Of a stretch of 64,000 nt of DNA, positions 47,121-57,060 are shown piece by piece (positions within the stretch are counted from its first letter, which is position 1; every line of letters begins with the position of its first letter). A program made the position numbers and the translations under genes. The stretch is from Candidatus Rokuibacteriota bacterium (lineage in GTDB: Bacteria; Methylomirabilota; Methylomirabilia; Rokubacteriales; CSP1-6): the NCBI GenBank assembly GCA_003220265.1, contig QHRW01000115.1, forward strand, positions 83,395 to 147,394. The letters are read 5' to 3'. The notes under the pieces are model-generated. The model did not search any database. It was not told the origin of the DNA and saw only the letters and a program-made list of their open reading frames with translations.

Positions 47121-48294
47121 ATGGGAAGAATCACGCGACGCTACGGCTTCACGATCGCCGGGATCGCGATCGGCGTGGCGGGGATCGTGGCGCTGGGCGC
47201 GATGGGCGAGCGGATCGTGCGCTTCATCGAGGGCGGCGATCGCTTCGTGCTCGGGCAGATCTCGGTGGCCGGCAAGGGCATGGGCATGGGCGCGGGCTTC
47301 ACGGCGGGCGGGATGCTGCCCGCCTCGGCCATCCGCGCGATCGCCGCGGTGCCCGGTGTCTCGGGCGTGCAGGCCCAGGTGATGCTGCCGCTGAACCCAT
47401 CCACCTCGCAGTTCATGACGCTGACGCAGGAGCTGATCCTGGGCGTCGATCTCTCGGTGCCCTCGCCGAATCGCCAGTTCCCCACGCTGCCCATTCGTGA
47501 GGGGCGCCAGCTGCGCGCGGGCGATCGTGGCGTGGCGGTGGTGGGCGCCTCGTTCGCGACCTCGCACGGCCTCCGCGTGGGCAGTGCGCTGACGCTGGAG
47601 GGCGAGGCCTACCGCGTCGTCGGCGTGCTCGAGCGCACGCTGACCGCGCCCGACCGCTTCGTGATGGTGGCGATCGAGGACGCGCGCCGGCAGTGGGTGG
47701 CCAAGGACCGCATGCTGCGCACGATCATCGCCTCGGGGGCGGCGGCGGTGAACGCGGCCGATCTCAACACGGGCGCCGCCGTCGGCTGGCGTGACGGCGA
47801 GGATCCCGACGCGGTCGCACGCCGAATCACCGAGCGGGTCGAGGGCGTCAACGTCCAGATCCCGAGCGAGCTGAGCGCGCTGCTGCGCTCGTCGACGGCG
47901 TTCTTCTCGGCGCTGCTGGGCGGCATCGGCGCGCTGGCCTTCGTCATCGGCGGGCTCTCGCTGGCCAACACGATCGCGGCGGCCGTCTTCGAGCGGCTGC
48001 GCGACTTCGGCGTCAAGCGCGCGCTGGGCGCCACCGACTGGCAGCTCGGGCGCGAGGTGCTGGCCGAGGCCCTGGCCGTCACGCTCTCCGGCGGCGCCGT
48101 CGGCGTGGCGCTGGCGATCCTGCTGGGGGCCTCCGTCGACCGCTGGGCGGCGCGCAGCGGCCAGCAGCTCTTCCTCTTCTCCGGCCGCCTGCTCGGCGGC
48201 GCGCTGGTCTTCTCGGTGCTGCTCGGCGCGGCAGCGGCGGCGTACGCGACGCTCCGCGTGGTGCGGCTGTCGCCGGCCGAGGCGATCCGGCGCG

Positions 48295-48302
<8 letters not shown>
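47121..48302 (+). CDS. MacB/FtsX-type ABC transporter permease
   Basis: N-terminal TM, a large periplasmic domain, and a C-terminal FtsX 3-TM bundle (GGLSLANTIAAAVFERLRDFGVKRALGA). Confidence 0.85.
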
Positions 48303-48989
<687 letters not shown>

Positions 48990-48993
<4 letters not shown>

Positions 48994-49403
48994 GGCACGT
49001 GCTGCGGGCCGTCGTTCTCGCCCTGCTCCTGAGCGTGCCGGCGGCCGCCGCCGGACCGGTGCAGTTCACGTTCAACGCGCCGGTGGACCGCGCGTGGGAC
49101 AGGACGATGGCGGTCCTGAAGGTGCTCGGCTGGGACATCGATCGCTCCGACCAGAGCATCGGGATCATCGTCACCGGCTCGCGCCGGCTCGACGGCGACA
49201 ACTTCGGCGTGTACGAGAAGGCGCTACGCCACCGCCTGCAGCTCAACCTGCGCCGCGCCACCGACACGCGCACCACCATCAGCATCGAGCGCAGCGTGTT
49301 CAAGCGCGAGCGCATCCTGTTCGTCGACAAGGATGAGCCGATCACGGACCCGCGCACGGACACCGAGAAATCCATCCTCGACGCCATCGGCAAGGCCCTG
49401 TGA
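48990..49403 (+). CDS. secreted hypothetical protein
   Basis: Signal peptide MRHVLRAVVLALLLSVPAAAA. ATGA- and GTGA-coupled within the operon. Confidence 0.6.
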
Positions 49404-49771
49404 TCAAGACCCTCGTGCTGGTGCTCATCGCCGGGCTGCTCGGGGGCACCGGCCATGTCCTGCTGTCCAAGGGCATGAAGACCGTCGGCGATCTCACCGA
49501 GGCGCCGGCCGCGCACGTGGGCGGCATGGTGACGCGGGCCGTCAGCAACCCGTGGCTGCTGCTCGGCGTCGTGCTGCAGGCGTCGTTCTTCTTTCTCTAC
49601 CTCACGCTGCTCTCGCGCGCCGACGTCAGCAAGATCCTGCCGATGACCGCGTTCGACTACATCGTGGTCGCCGTCCTCGCGCACCTGATCCTGGCCGAGC
49701 CGGTGACGCCGGCGCGGTGGACGGGCATCGGCTTCATCGTGGCCGGCGTCTTCCTGGTGTCGCGCACCTGA
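49400..49771 (+). CDS. small EamA/ArnE-like 4-TM membrane protein
   Basis: 123 aa, four hydrophobic helices, EamA-like C-terminus (ARWTGIGFIVAGVFLV). Sits immediately upstream of the ArnT-like gene. Confidence 0.7.
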   Translation: MIKTLVLVLIAGLLGGTGHVLLSKGMKTVGDLTEAPAAHVGGMVTRAVSNPWLLLGVVLQASFFFLYLTLLSRADVSKILPMTAFDYIVVAVLAHLILAEPVTPARWTGIGFIVAGVFLVSRT

Positions 49772-51483
49772 ACGGCTGGCGCGCGCAGTCGATCGCCGTC
49801 GCGCTGGCGGTTGCGGCGGCGGCGCCGTTCCTGCTGGCCGGGCTGGGCGGGGCCCCGTTCGACGATCCCGGCGAGGGCATGCACGCGGAGATCGCCCGCG
49901 AGCTGATGCAGCATCCGTCGCTGCCGCTGACCCTCGGCGGCGTCGCCTACGTGGACAAGCCGCCGCTGTTCTACGTGCTCCTGGCGTCGGCCTTCCATCT
50001 CTTCGGGCCCGGCGAGGGGCCGGCGCGGCTGATCGCCGCGCTCGCGGCGCTGGTCGCCATCGGCGCCACGGCGTGGCTCGGTGCGCGCCTGCTCGACGGG
50101 CGGGCCGGCGTCGTGGCCGGCCTCGCGCTCGGCACCTCGCTGGGCTTCTTCGTCTACGGGCGCTACGTGCGGCCCGAGACGCTGTTCGTGGCCGCCATCG
50201 CGCTGGGTTTCGCGCTGCTGCTGATCGGCGTGCGCGAGGAGCGGCGGGTGCTCGCCGCCGCCGGGCTCGTGGCATTCGCGCTGGCCGCGCTCGCCAAGGA
50301 TCCGCTCGGAGCGCTGGCGCCGCCGCTCGCCGTCGGGCTCGCCCTCGCGCTCACCGGGCGCGCGCAGCCGGTCGGGCGCTGGCTGCCGTGGCCCGGCATC
50401 GTCCTCGCGGTGCTCGTGGCCTTCGGCTGGTGGATCGCGGCCGAGCGCGCCACGCCGGGCTTCACCTGGTACACGGTGATCGACAACCACGTCCTCAACG
50501 TGGTGCGCGCGCGCAACTTTCCCGACGAGGACGTGCCGCTGGGTCCCGGCGAGTTCCTCGCCGTCGCGCTGTTCGGCATCGTGCCCTGGGTGGTGCCGGC
50601 GCTGGTCGTCGTCGCCCGTCTGGTCCGCCGGCGCGCGTGGCGCGATCCGACCGAGACCGTGTGGGTGGCGCTGGCGCTGTGGACGCTCGGCGTCCTCGGG
50701 CTCACGGCGGCCACGCCGTTCCGCCTGCCCCATTACGGCCTGCCGGCCTATCCCGCCATCGCGCTGCTGGCCGCGCGGGGGTGGAGCGAGCTCGGCGCCC
50801 GGCGGCTGGCGATTCTCCACGCGGTCCTCTTTGCGATGCTGGCGGTGGCGTGCGTGCTGGCGTGGAGCAGCGACGGCTCGACGTTCTTTGCCGAGGTGAT
50901 GGGCGCGACGGACGTGGCCACGCGCAAGAGCGGCGTGGCGGGCGTGCCGCCGCCGATCCCGCCGTGGTTCGCGCTGCGGCCGCTCATCGGCGCCACCGCG
51001 CTCGCGCTGGCCGGCGGCGCCGCCGCCCTCACGGTGACGGCGATCGTCCGCGCGCGCACCGCGGCCGCCTACGCGACCATCGCCACGCTGCTCTTCGTGC
51101 TGCCGAGCGCCGCCGGGGCGCTGGGGCTCGTCGCCGCCCACCGCGCGGTGAAGGGGCTCGCCGAGGAGATCGGCCGGCGCGCGGGGCCCGCCGACGTGCT
51201 CGCCCTGGAGGGCCCGCTGGAGAATGCCGGCGCGCTCGAGTGGTACAGCGGCCGGCGTCCGGTGATCGTGGAGGGGCGCCAGAGCGTGCTGGGCTTCGGC
51301 GCCACCCAGGCGGACGCGCCCGACGTCTTCTGGGACGCCGAGAAACTGGAGCGCGAGTGGGCGGGGCCGCGGCGCATCTGGCTCGTCACCGGCCGGCCGG
51401 CCGAGCGCAGCGTGGTCGCGCGCCTGCCGGAACCCACGATTGCCGCCGCCGGCGGCGGTCGCCGCCTGTACGTCAACCGATGA
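49768..51483 (+). CDS. ArnT/PMT-like (GT39/GT83) lipid-linked-sugar glycosyltransferase
   Basis: N-terminal TM followed by the loop DDPGEGMHAEIARELM, YVDKPPLFY and >10 TMs. The start is unresolved: CTG 49768 (CTGA overlap with the upstream stop) or GTG 49717. Confidence 0.75.
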   Translation: MNGWRAQSIAVALAVAAAAPFLLAGLGGAPFDDPGEGMHAEIARELMQHPSLPLTLGGVAYVDKPPLFYVLLASAFHLFGPGEGPARLIAALAALVAIGATAWLGARLLDGRAGVVAGLALGTSLGFFVYGRYVRPETLFVAAIALGFALLLIGVREERRVLAAAGLVAFALAALAKDPLGALAPPLAVGLALALTGRAQPVGRWLPWPGIVLAVLVAFGWWIAAERATPGFTWYTVIDNHVLNVVRARNFPDEDVPLGPGEFLAVALFGIVPWVVPALVVVARLVRRRAWRDPTETVWVALALWTLGVLGLTAATPFRLPHYGLPAYPAIALLAARGWSELGARRLAILHAVLFAMLAVACVLAWSSDGSTFFAEVMGATDVATRKSGVAGVPPPIPPWFALRPLIGATALALAGGAAALTVTAIVRARTAAAYATIATLLFVLPSAAGALGLVAAHRAVKGLAEEIGRRAGPADVLALEGPLENAGALEWYSGRRPVIVEGRQSVLGFGATQADAPDVFWDAEKLEREWAGPRRIWLVTGRPAERSVVARLPEPTIAAAGGGRRLYVNR

Positions 51484-51499
51484 TTCGCGATCAAGTAAT

Positions 51500-52939
51500 A
51501 TGACCGGGATGTCCGGCTACCTTCGCACGCTGTTCCTGCATCCGCCCTCGTTCGAAGGGTTCGACGGCGGGGCCGGCAGCCGCTACCAGGCCCGCCGCGA
51601 GGTGCGCTCCTTCTGGTATCCGACCTGGCTCGCCCAGCCGGCGGCGCTCGTGCCGGGCTCACGCCTGATCGACGCGCCCCCGGCCGACCTCTCGCTGGGC
51701 GACGTCGTGCCGCTGGCCCGCGACTACGACCTGGCCGTTCTGCACACGAGCGCGCCGTCCTTCGCGCACGACGTGAAGGTGGCCGAGGCGCTGCGCGAGG
51801 CGAATCCGAAGATCCGCGTCGGCTTCGTGGGCGCCCACGTGGCCGTGGCGCGCGAGACGGCGCTCGAGGCCTCGCCGGCGATCGAGTTCGTGACGGGCAA
51901 CGAGTTCGACTTCACCATCCAGGAGATCGCGCAGGGCCGGCCCATCGACCGGGTGACGGGCGTCTCGTATCGCACGAACGGCCACGTGCACCGCACGCCC
52001 GAGCGCGCGCCCCTCGAGGACATGGACCGGCTGCCCTACGTGGTCGACGTCTACAAGCGCGACCTCGACGTGGAGCGTTACTTCATCGGTTACCTGCTGC
52101 ATCCCTACCTGTCGCTCTACACGGGCCGCGGCTGCCGCTCGAAGTGCACGTTCTGCCTGTGGCCGCAGACGGTGGGCGGCCAGCGGTACCGCACGCGCTC
52201 GGTGGACAACGTGGTGGCGGAGATCGAGCGGGCCACGCGGCTCTTTCCGCAGGTCAAGGAGTACTTCTTCGACGACGACACCTTCACCGACGACTTGCCG
52301 CGCGCCGAGGCGATCGCGCGCGGGCTGGGCCGGCTGGGCGTCACGTGGTCGTGCAACGCCAAGGCCGACGTGCCCTACGCCACGCTGAAGATCCTCAAGG
52401 ACAACGGGCTGCGCCTGCTGCTGGTCGGCTACGAGTCGGGTAGCCAGGCCATCCTCAACAACGTCAAGAAGGGCATCCGCCTCGATCGCGCGCGCGAGTT
52501 CACCCGCCACGCCAAGGCGCTCGGCATCACCATCCACGGCACGTTCGTCATGGGCCTGCCGGGCGAGACGCGCGAGACCATCGAGGCCACCATCAAGTTC
52601 GCGCTCGAGATCGATCCGCACACGATCCAGGTCTCGCTGGCGGCGCCGTATCCCGGCACCGCGCTCTACCGCGAGGCGCAGGCGCGCGGCTGGCTGGAAA
52701 CCGAGTCGCTGGTGGACGCCGGCGGCGTGCAGACCAGCGTGCTCGGCTACCCGCACCTCGGCCGCACCGAGATCTTCGCCTCGCTCGAGCAGTTCTACCG
52801 CCGCTTCTACTTCCGCCCGCGCAAGATCTTCGCCATCGGCGCCGAGATGCTCCGCGACCGCGCGGTGCTGCGGCGCCGCCTCGGCGAGGGCGCGGACTTT
52901 CTGCGCTTCCTGGCGCGCCGGCGCCGAGAACGTCATTGA
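51500..52939 (+). CDS. B12-binding radical SAM protein, HpnJ-like
   Basis: 479 aa. LFLHPPSFEGFDGGAGSRYQARREVRSFWYPTWLAQPAAL and CRSKCTFC (CX3CX2C). The N-terminal signature matches my memory of the HpnJ (TIGR03471-type) family. Confidence 0.8.
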   Translation: MTGMSGYLRTLFLHPPSFEGFDGGAGSRYQARREVRSFWYPTWLAQPAALVPGSRLIDAPPADLSLGDVVPLARDYDLAVLHTSAPSFAHDVKVAEALREANPKIRVGFVGAHVAVARETALEASPAIEFVTGNEFDFTIQEIAQGRPIDRVTGVSYRTNGHVHRTPERAPLEDMDRLPYVVDVYKRDLDVERYFIGYLLHPYLSLYTGRGCRSKCTFCLWPQTVGGQRYRTRSVDNVVAEIERATRLFPQVKEYFFDDDTFTDDLPRAEAIARGLGRLGVTWSCNAKADVPYATLKILKDNGLRLLLVGYESGSQAILNNVKKGIRLDRAREFTRHAKALGITIHGTFVMGLPGETRETIEATIKFALEIDPHTIQVSLAAPYPGTALYREAQARGWLETESLVDAGGVQTSVLGYPHLGRTEIFASLEQFYRRFYFRPRKIFAIGAEMLRDRAVLRRRLGEGADFLRFLARRRRERH

Positions 52940-52950
52940 GGGAGACGGTC

Positions 52951-53997
52951 GTGAGCTCGTCTCGTCCCATCGTCGCCATCGCTGCGCTCATCGCGCTGCT
53001 CGCGGGCGCCTGCGCGGCGCCGCGGCCGGCGCCGCCGCGTCCGGCCGCGCTCGCCGCCAGCCTGCGCGGCCATCATCACTCGGTCACCAGCCTGGTGCTC
53101 TCGCCCGACGGCGGCCGGCTGATCTCCGGCAGCCGCGACGGCCGGCTGCGTCTGTGGAACACCGCCACCGACACGCCGGAGGCGACGCTGTCACCCAACT
53201 GGTGGCCCTCGAGCATGTGGACCGTGGCGGTGTCGCCCGATGGCGCGCTCGTCGCCGGGGGCGCGGACGACTTCCTCGTGCACATCTGGGACGTCAAGAC
53301 GCGAAAGCTCCGCGTGGTCCTCGAGGGCCACACGCAGTCGATCCGCGTGCTCGGCTGGAGCTCCGACGGCCGCCTCTTCGCGTCCGGCGGGCGGGACACG
53401 ACGGTGCGGCTCTGGGACACGGCCACGTGGAAGGAGATCGCGCGGCTCCCCCATCTCAACACCGTGCGAGGCCTGGCGTGGGCGCCGGACGGCGCGCGCC
53501 TGTTCAGTGGCACCGCGGACGACGTGATCTACGCGTGGGAGGTGCGCAGCGGCACGCTCCTGGCCACGCTGCGCGGCCACCGCAACACCGTGCACGCGCT
53601 CGCCATCACGCCGGACGGCCGCACCCTCGTGTCCGGCGCCGCCGATCAGACGCTGCGCCTGTGGAGCCTGGCCGCGAGCACGTCGAGCAACGTCCTGTCA
53701 CTCGACCGCAGCGACGAGCCGCCGACGCGCTGGGAGAGCTACGGCATCCACCCGGGGCCCGAGGTGATGGCAGTCGCGGCCAGCCCCGACGGCCACCTCG
53801 TCGCCTCCGCGCACCGCGACTCGGCCATTCGCCTGTGGTCGCTGCCGAGCGGGCACGAGCTCACGCGGCTGCCGTCGCCGGCGGCTACGACGTACGCGGT
53901 CGTCTTCTCGCGCGATGGACGCTACCTCTACTCCGGCGGGGATGACGACGCGATCCATCGCTGGGACCTCGCGCGCGTCCTCTCCGTCGCGCGCTAA
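52951..53997 (+). CDS. WD40-repeat protein with signal/lipoprotein-like N-terminus
   Basis: GAGGGAG RBS before GTG 52951 (TTG 52936 is the alternative). Repeated ...GH...V..L..SPDG..L.SG..D..LRLW modules. Confidence 0.85.
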   Translation: MSSSRPIVAIAALIALLAGACAAPRPAPPRPAALAASLRGHHHSVTSLVLSPDGGRLISGSRDGRLRLWNTATDTPEATLSPNWWPSSMWTVAVSPDGALVAGGADDFLVHIWDVKTRKLRVVLEGHTQSIRVLGWSSDGRLFASGGRDTTVRLWDTATWKEIARLPHLNTVRGLAWAPDGARLFSGTADDVIYAWEVRSGTLLATLRGHRNTVHALAITPDGRTLVSGAADQTLRLWSLAASTSSNVLSLDRSDEPPTRWESYGIHPGPEVMAVAASPDGHLVASAHRDSAIRLWSLPSGHELTRLPSPAATTYAVVFSRDGRYLYSGGDDDAIHRWDLARVLSVAR

Positions 53998-53999
53998 CG

Positions 54000-54229
54000 C
54001 TTCTGAGAATTCGCGGCGCGTACGCGATCGCCGCGTGAGGCGGCCGGGCCGAGGCTGGGTCTGACGACCACGTGGTGGCCGCCCGCATCGACGTCGCTCG
54101 GCTGGATTCCATCGACGCGGTGCGCCCGGTCTGGCGCGGGCTCGACGCCGGCGGGGAACGGGTTGCTCAGACCCAGCCCCGGCCCGGCCACCTCACGCTG
54201 CGTGGCGTATGGGCCGCAATTCTTAGAAG
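54000..54229. repeat. 230-bp imperfect palindrome filling the convergent intergenic gap
   Basis: The left arm (54000-54064, CTTCTGAGAATTCGCGG...GGCTGGGTCTGA) is ~80% complementary to the right arm (54167-54229, TCAGACCCAGCC...GCAATTCTTAGAAG). It lies between stops at 53995-53997 and 54231-54233. Confidence 0.75.
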
Positions 54230-54230
54230 C

Positions 54231-54920
54231 CTACGTTCGGGGAGTCAGGAGGTCCGTCACCGTGCTCAGTGCATAGCCCTGGGTGCGTAGGCCGTTGATC
54301 ATTGGGGGTAGGGCTTCGACCAATCTTTGAGGGGCTTGCTTCGTTCCCTCGGCATCATGCAAGTCGATGATGGCGCCGGGGTGGGCGCGGTGGAGGACGT
54401 AGGTTACTTGCTGGTCGGCTGGAGTGGGGCGTTGGCCTTCGGGTTGGATCGACCAGAAGACGCAGCGTTCGCCGGCTTTGTGGACGGCGGAGAACATCGC
54501 GGCGTTGACCATGCCCCACGGCGGTCGGAACAGACGCGGCGGCGTGCCGGTGATCTCGGCGATCGTGTCGTGGGTGCGACGGATCTGTTCGGTGGTGGTG
54601 CGGGGGCCGCAGAACCAGAGGTTGGGGTGGGACCAGGAGTGGTTGGCGAGCTCGTGACCCTCGGCGGCGATGCGCTTCACGACGGCGGCGGCGCGGGCGG
54701 CGCGCTCGCCGATGAGGAAGAACGTGGCGTGGACGCCGGCGGCAGCGAGGAGGTCGAGGACGCGGGGCGTCCACTCGGGGTCGGGGCCGTCGTCGAAGGT
54801 GAGCGCGACGTGGCGGCGCGCGCGAGGGCCGCGCCAGGTGCAGGTGGGCGTCGCCAGGTGAGGGAGCCAGGCCCAGCCGATCCAGGCGGCGGCGCCGAGG
54901 GCGAGGGCGCCGGCGATCAC
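54231..54920 (-). CDS. polysaccharide deacetylase (CE4) with N-terminal TM
   Basis: GTG 54920 (GTGA overlap with the upstream stop). NodB motifs ALTFDDGPD, HELANHSWSH and LFRPPWG. Confidence 0.8.
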   Translation of the reverse strand: MIAGALALGAAAWIGWAWLPHLATPTCTWRGPRARRHVALTFDDGPDPEWTPRVLDLLAAAGVHATFFLIGERAARAAAVVKRIAAEGHELANHSWSHPNLWFCGPRTTTEQIRRTHDTIAEITGTPPRLFRPPWGMVNAAMFSAVHKAGERCVFWSIQPEGQRPTPADQQVTYVLHRAHPGAIIDLHDAEGTKQAPQRLVEALPPMINGLRTQGYALSTVTDLLTPRT

Positions 54921-56032
54921 GCGCGCTGCCGGGCGCCGGCGACGACCTCGTCGACGATGCGGCGCGTGGCGTCGGGCCGGCGCAGGTGGCGCATGCGCGC
55001 GCGCAGGTGCTCGAGCAGCTCGGGCTCGGCGAGCGCGCGCTCGAGCAGCCGGCCGAGATCGCGGGGCGAGCGCGCGGCCAGCGCGATGCCCGCGCGCGCG
55101 GCGAACCGTTCGTTGCGGTGCTCCTGGCCGGGCAGCGAGCCGTAGAGCAGCAGCGGGATCTCGGCGGCCAGCGCCTCGGCCAGCGTCATGCCACCGGCCT
55201 TGGTGACGAGCACGTCGGCGGCGGCCATCAGCGTGCGCACGTCGTCGACATACCCCAGCACGCGGATCGACGGGCCGGCGACGAGACGGCGCAGCCGCTC
55301 GGCGAAGGCGGCGTCGTGACCCGCCACGACCACGGCCTGGATCGGCGCGGGCAGTCGGCCGAGCGCGCGGACGATCTCCGGCAGGCGGCCGATGCTGCCG
55401 TGCGAGCCGGCCATCGCCAGCACGACGGGAAAGTCCCGATGCAGGCCGAGCGCGGCCCGAGCGGCCGCGGGGTCGATCGTACGCTCGAACTCGGCGCGGA
55501 TGGGCACACCCGTCACGCGCACGCGCTCGCGCGCGATGCCGCGGGCCACGAACTCGTGGCCGACCTCCTCGGCCGCCACGCAGTAGCGGTCGATGCCGCG
55601 GGCGATCCACTGGCTGTGGGCGACGAAGTCCGTGACCACCGTGGTGTGCGGCGGCAGCCGCCGGCCGTCGGCCGCCAGCGCCGACATCGCCACGGCGGGC
55701 GTGGCGTGCACGGACACCACCGCGTCCGGCCGCAGCTCGTCCAGCAGGGCGGCGAGCCGCGACGAGCCCACGCGCGTCATGCCGAACGTGAAGGCGGACT
55801 CGCTCGACATCCAGTCGCCGAGCGCGTAGGCCGCGCCCCACGCGGCCGGCACGTGCTTGAGCAACGCCATGTAGAGCCTGCGCGTCGTCGGCTCGAAGAG
55901 CGGGTGCGCCAGCTCGCGGAAGTGATCGACGACCGTCACGCCGACTCCGCGCGCGGCGAAGCCCGCGGCCAGGCTACGCGCGGCCTCGTTGTGGCCGGAG
56001 CCGTAGCTGGCGGTGAGGATGAGGACGTGCAT
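54917..56032 (-). CDS. MGDG-synthase/MurG-like (GT28) glycosyltransferase
   Basis: MHVLILTASYGSGHNEAARSL (MGDG_synth N-domain) and a C-terminal VLVTKAGGMTLAEALA...PGQE. Confidence 0.8.
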   Translation of the reverse strand: MHVLILTASYGSGHNEAARSLAAGFAARGVGVTVVDHFRELAHPLFEPTTRRLYMALLKHVPAAWGAAYALGDWMSSESAFTFGMTRVGSSRLAALLDELRPDAVVSVHATPAVAMSALAADGRRLPPHTTVVTDFVAHSQWIARGIDRYCVAAEEVGHEFVARGIARERVRVTGVPIRAEFERTIDPAAARAALGLHRDFPVVLAMAGSHGSIGRLPEIVRALGRLPAPIQAVVVAGHDAAFAERLRRLVAGPSIRVLGYVDDVRTLMAAADVLVTKAGGMTLAEALAAEIPLLLYGSLPGQEHRNERFAARAGIALAARSPRDLGRLLERALAEPELLEHLRARMRHLRRPDATRRIVDEVVAGARQRA

Positions 56033-57060
56033 CAGCCCGTCCCCGCGTGGCGGATGAAGTAACGCGCGACCTCGCCTCGCCGCGCCGGCCCCGCCGCTTT
56101 CAGCACCACCTCCAGCACCAGCTTCACGAGCCCGCCACCAAGCCGGCTGTCGAGTGCCGCCAGCGCGATGCGTGCCGGCGCCGTGGACCGAGCGGCGAGC
56201 CAGAAGCGCACGCTGCGGATGATCCAGCGCGGCTTGGACCAGTGCCACTCGTCGACCACGCGGCCGCCGCAGCGCTCGACCAGCGCGCGCATGGTGGCCG
56301 GCGTGAAGTGGATCAGGTGACGGGGGAAGTCGAGGCCCGACCAGAAGCGCCCGAAGGTGGCGCCGCCCCAGCCGCCGACGTTCGGCACCTCCACGATCAG
56401 CAAGCCGCCGGGCGCCAGCCACGCGAGCATGTTGCGCAGCGCGGTGGCGGGATCGGGCAGGTGCTCGACGACGTGGAACGCCGTGACGACGTCGAAGCTC
56501 TTCGCCGGCAGCGTGAGCTCGGCCGGATCACCGATCGCGATGTCGGGCGTCACGGTGCGCGCCTTGGCCGCGGCCACGGGGTCGAGCTCGATGCCGCTCA
56601 CGCGCCATCCGACGCTCGCCATCTGCTGCAGGAAGCGGCCGGTCGCGCAGCCGACGTCCAGCAGGCGCCCGCGCCCCAGCCACGGCGGAAAGTTCTTGCG
56701 CACGCGCCGGCGCCGCAGGGGCGCGCGCAGGCGGTCGAGCGCACCGACGTCGCGCGTCTCCACGTGGGCGTAGCCGAGCGTGCCGGCCAGCAGCCAGCGC
56801 ACCGCGGGCGAGCGGTCGTGCAGCACGCGGCCGAGATCGGGATCGCGCGCGTGGGGCGGATAGTCGGCCGGGTACATCCGGTCGAGCTGATCGCGGCGCA
56901 CGCGGGGGTTCTGGTAGAGCAGGCCGCACGCCTCGCAGCGCGCAAGCGGAAAGCGCCCCGGCACGCCCAGCGCCAGGTCGCGCTCGGCGCAGAGCTCGGT
57001 GGCGCGCGGCGCTCCGCAGAGCGGGCAGACGATGGCCTCCAGCTCGAGCGCGGCCGTCAT
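56032..57060 (-). CDS. class I SAM-dependent methyltransferase with N-terminal zinc ribbon
   Basis: CPLCG...CEACG, then SAM motif LLDVGCATGRF. ATGA-coupled on both sides. Confidence 0.8.
   Translation of the reverse strand: MTAALELEAIVCPLCGAPRATELCAERDLALGVPGRFPLARCEACGLLYQNPRVRRDQLDRMYPADYPPHARDPDLGRVLHDRSPAVRWLLAGTLGYAHVETRDVGALDRLRAPLRRRRVRKNFPPWLGRGRLLDVGCATGRFLQQMASVGWRVSGIELDPVAAAKARTVTPDIAIGDPAELTLPAKSFDVVTAFHVVEHLPDPATALRNMLAWLAPGGLLIVEVPNVGGWGGATFGRFWSGLDFPRHLIHFTPATMRALVERCGGRVVDEWHWSKPRWIIRSVRFWLAARSTAPARIALAALDSRLGGGLVKLVLEVVLKAAGPARRGEVARYFIRHAGTG

Noticed and set aside
47006-47500. 164-aa ORF starting at the duplicated ATGGGAGG block.
   Set aside because: It is out of frame with, and largely overlaps, the well-supported MacB-type permease. 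The translation is Arg/Gly-rich with no motifs. It probably exists only because the start region was duplicated.
51500-52939. Calling the region a hopanoid biosynthesis locus because of the HpnJ-like gene.
   Set aside because: No squalene-hopene cyclase, hpnH, hpnG or hpnC-E homologues are visible in the window. Only the HpnJ-like call is retained, flagged as needing HMM confirmation.
53994-54290. ORFs 53994..54191(-) and 54072..54290(+) in the convergent intergenic region.
   Set aside because: Both lie entirely within the 230-bp palindrome, lack an RBS and any motif, and mirror each other because of the inverted repeat.
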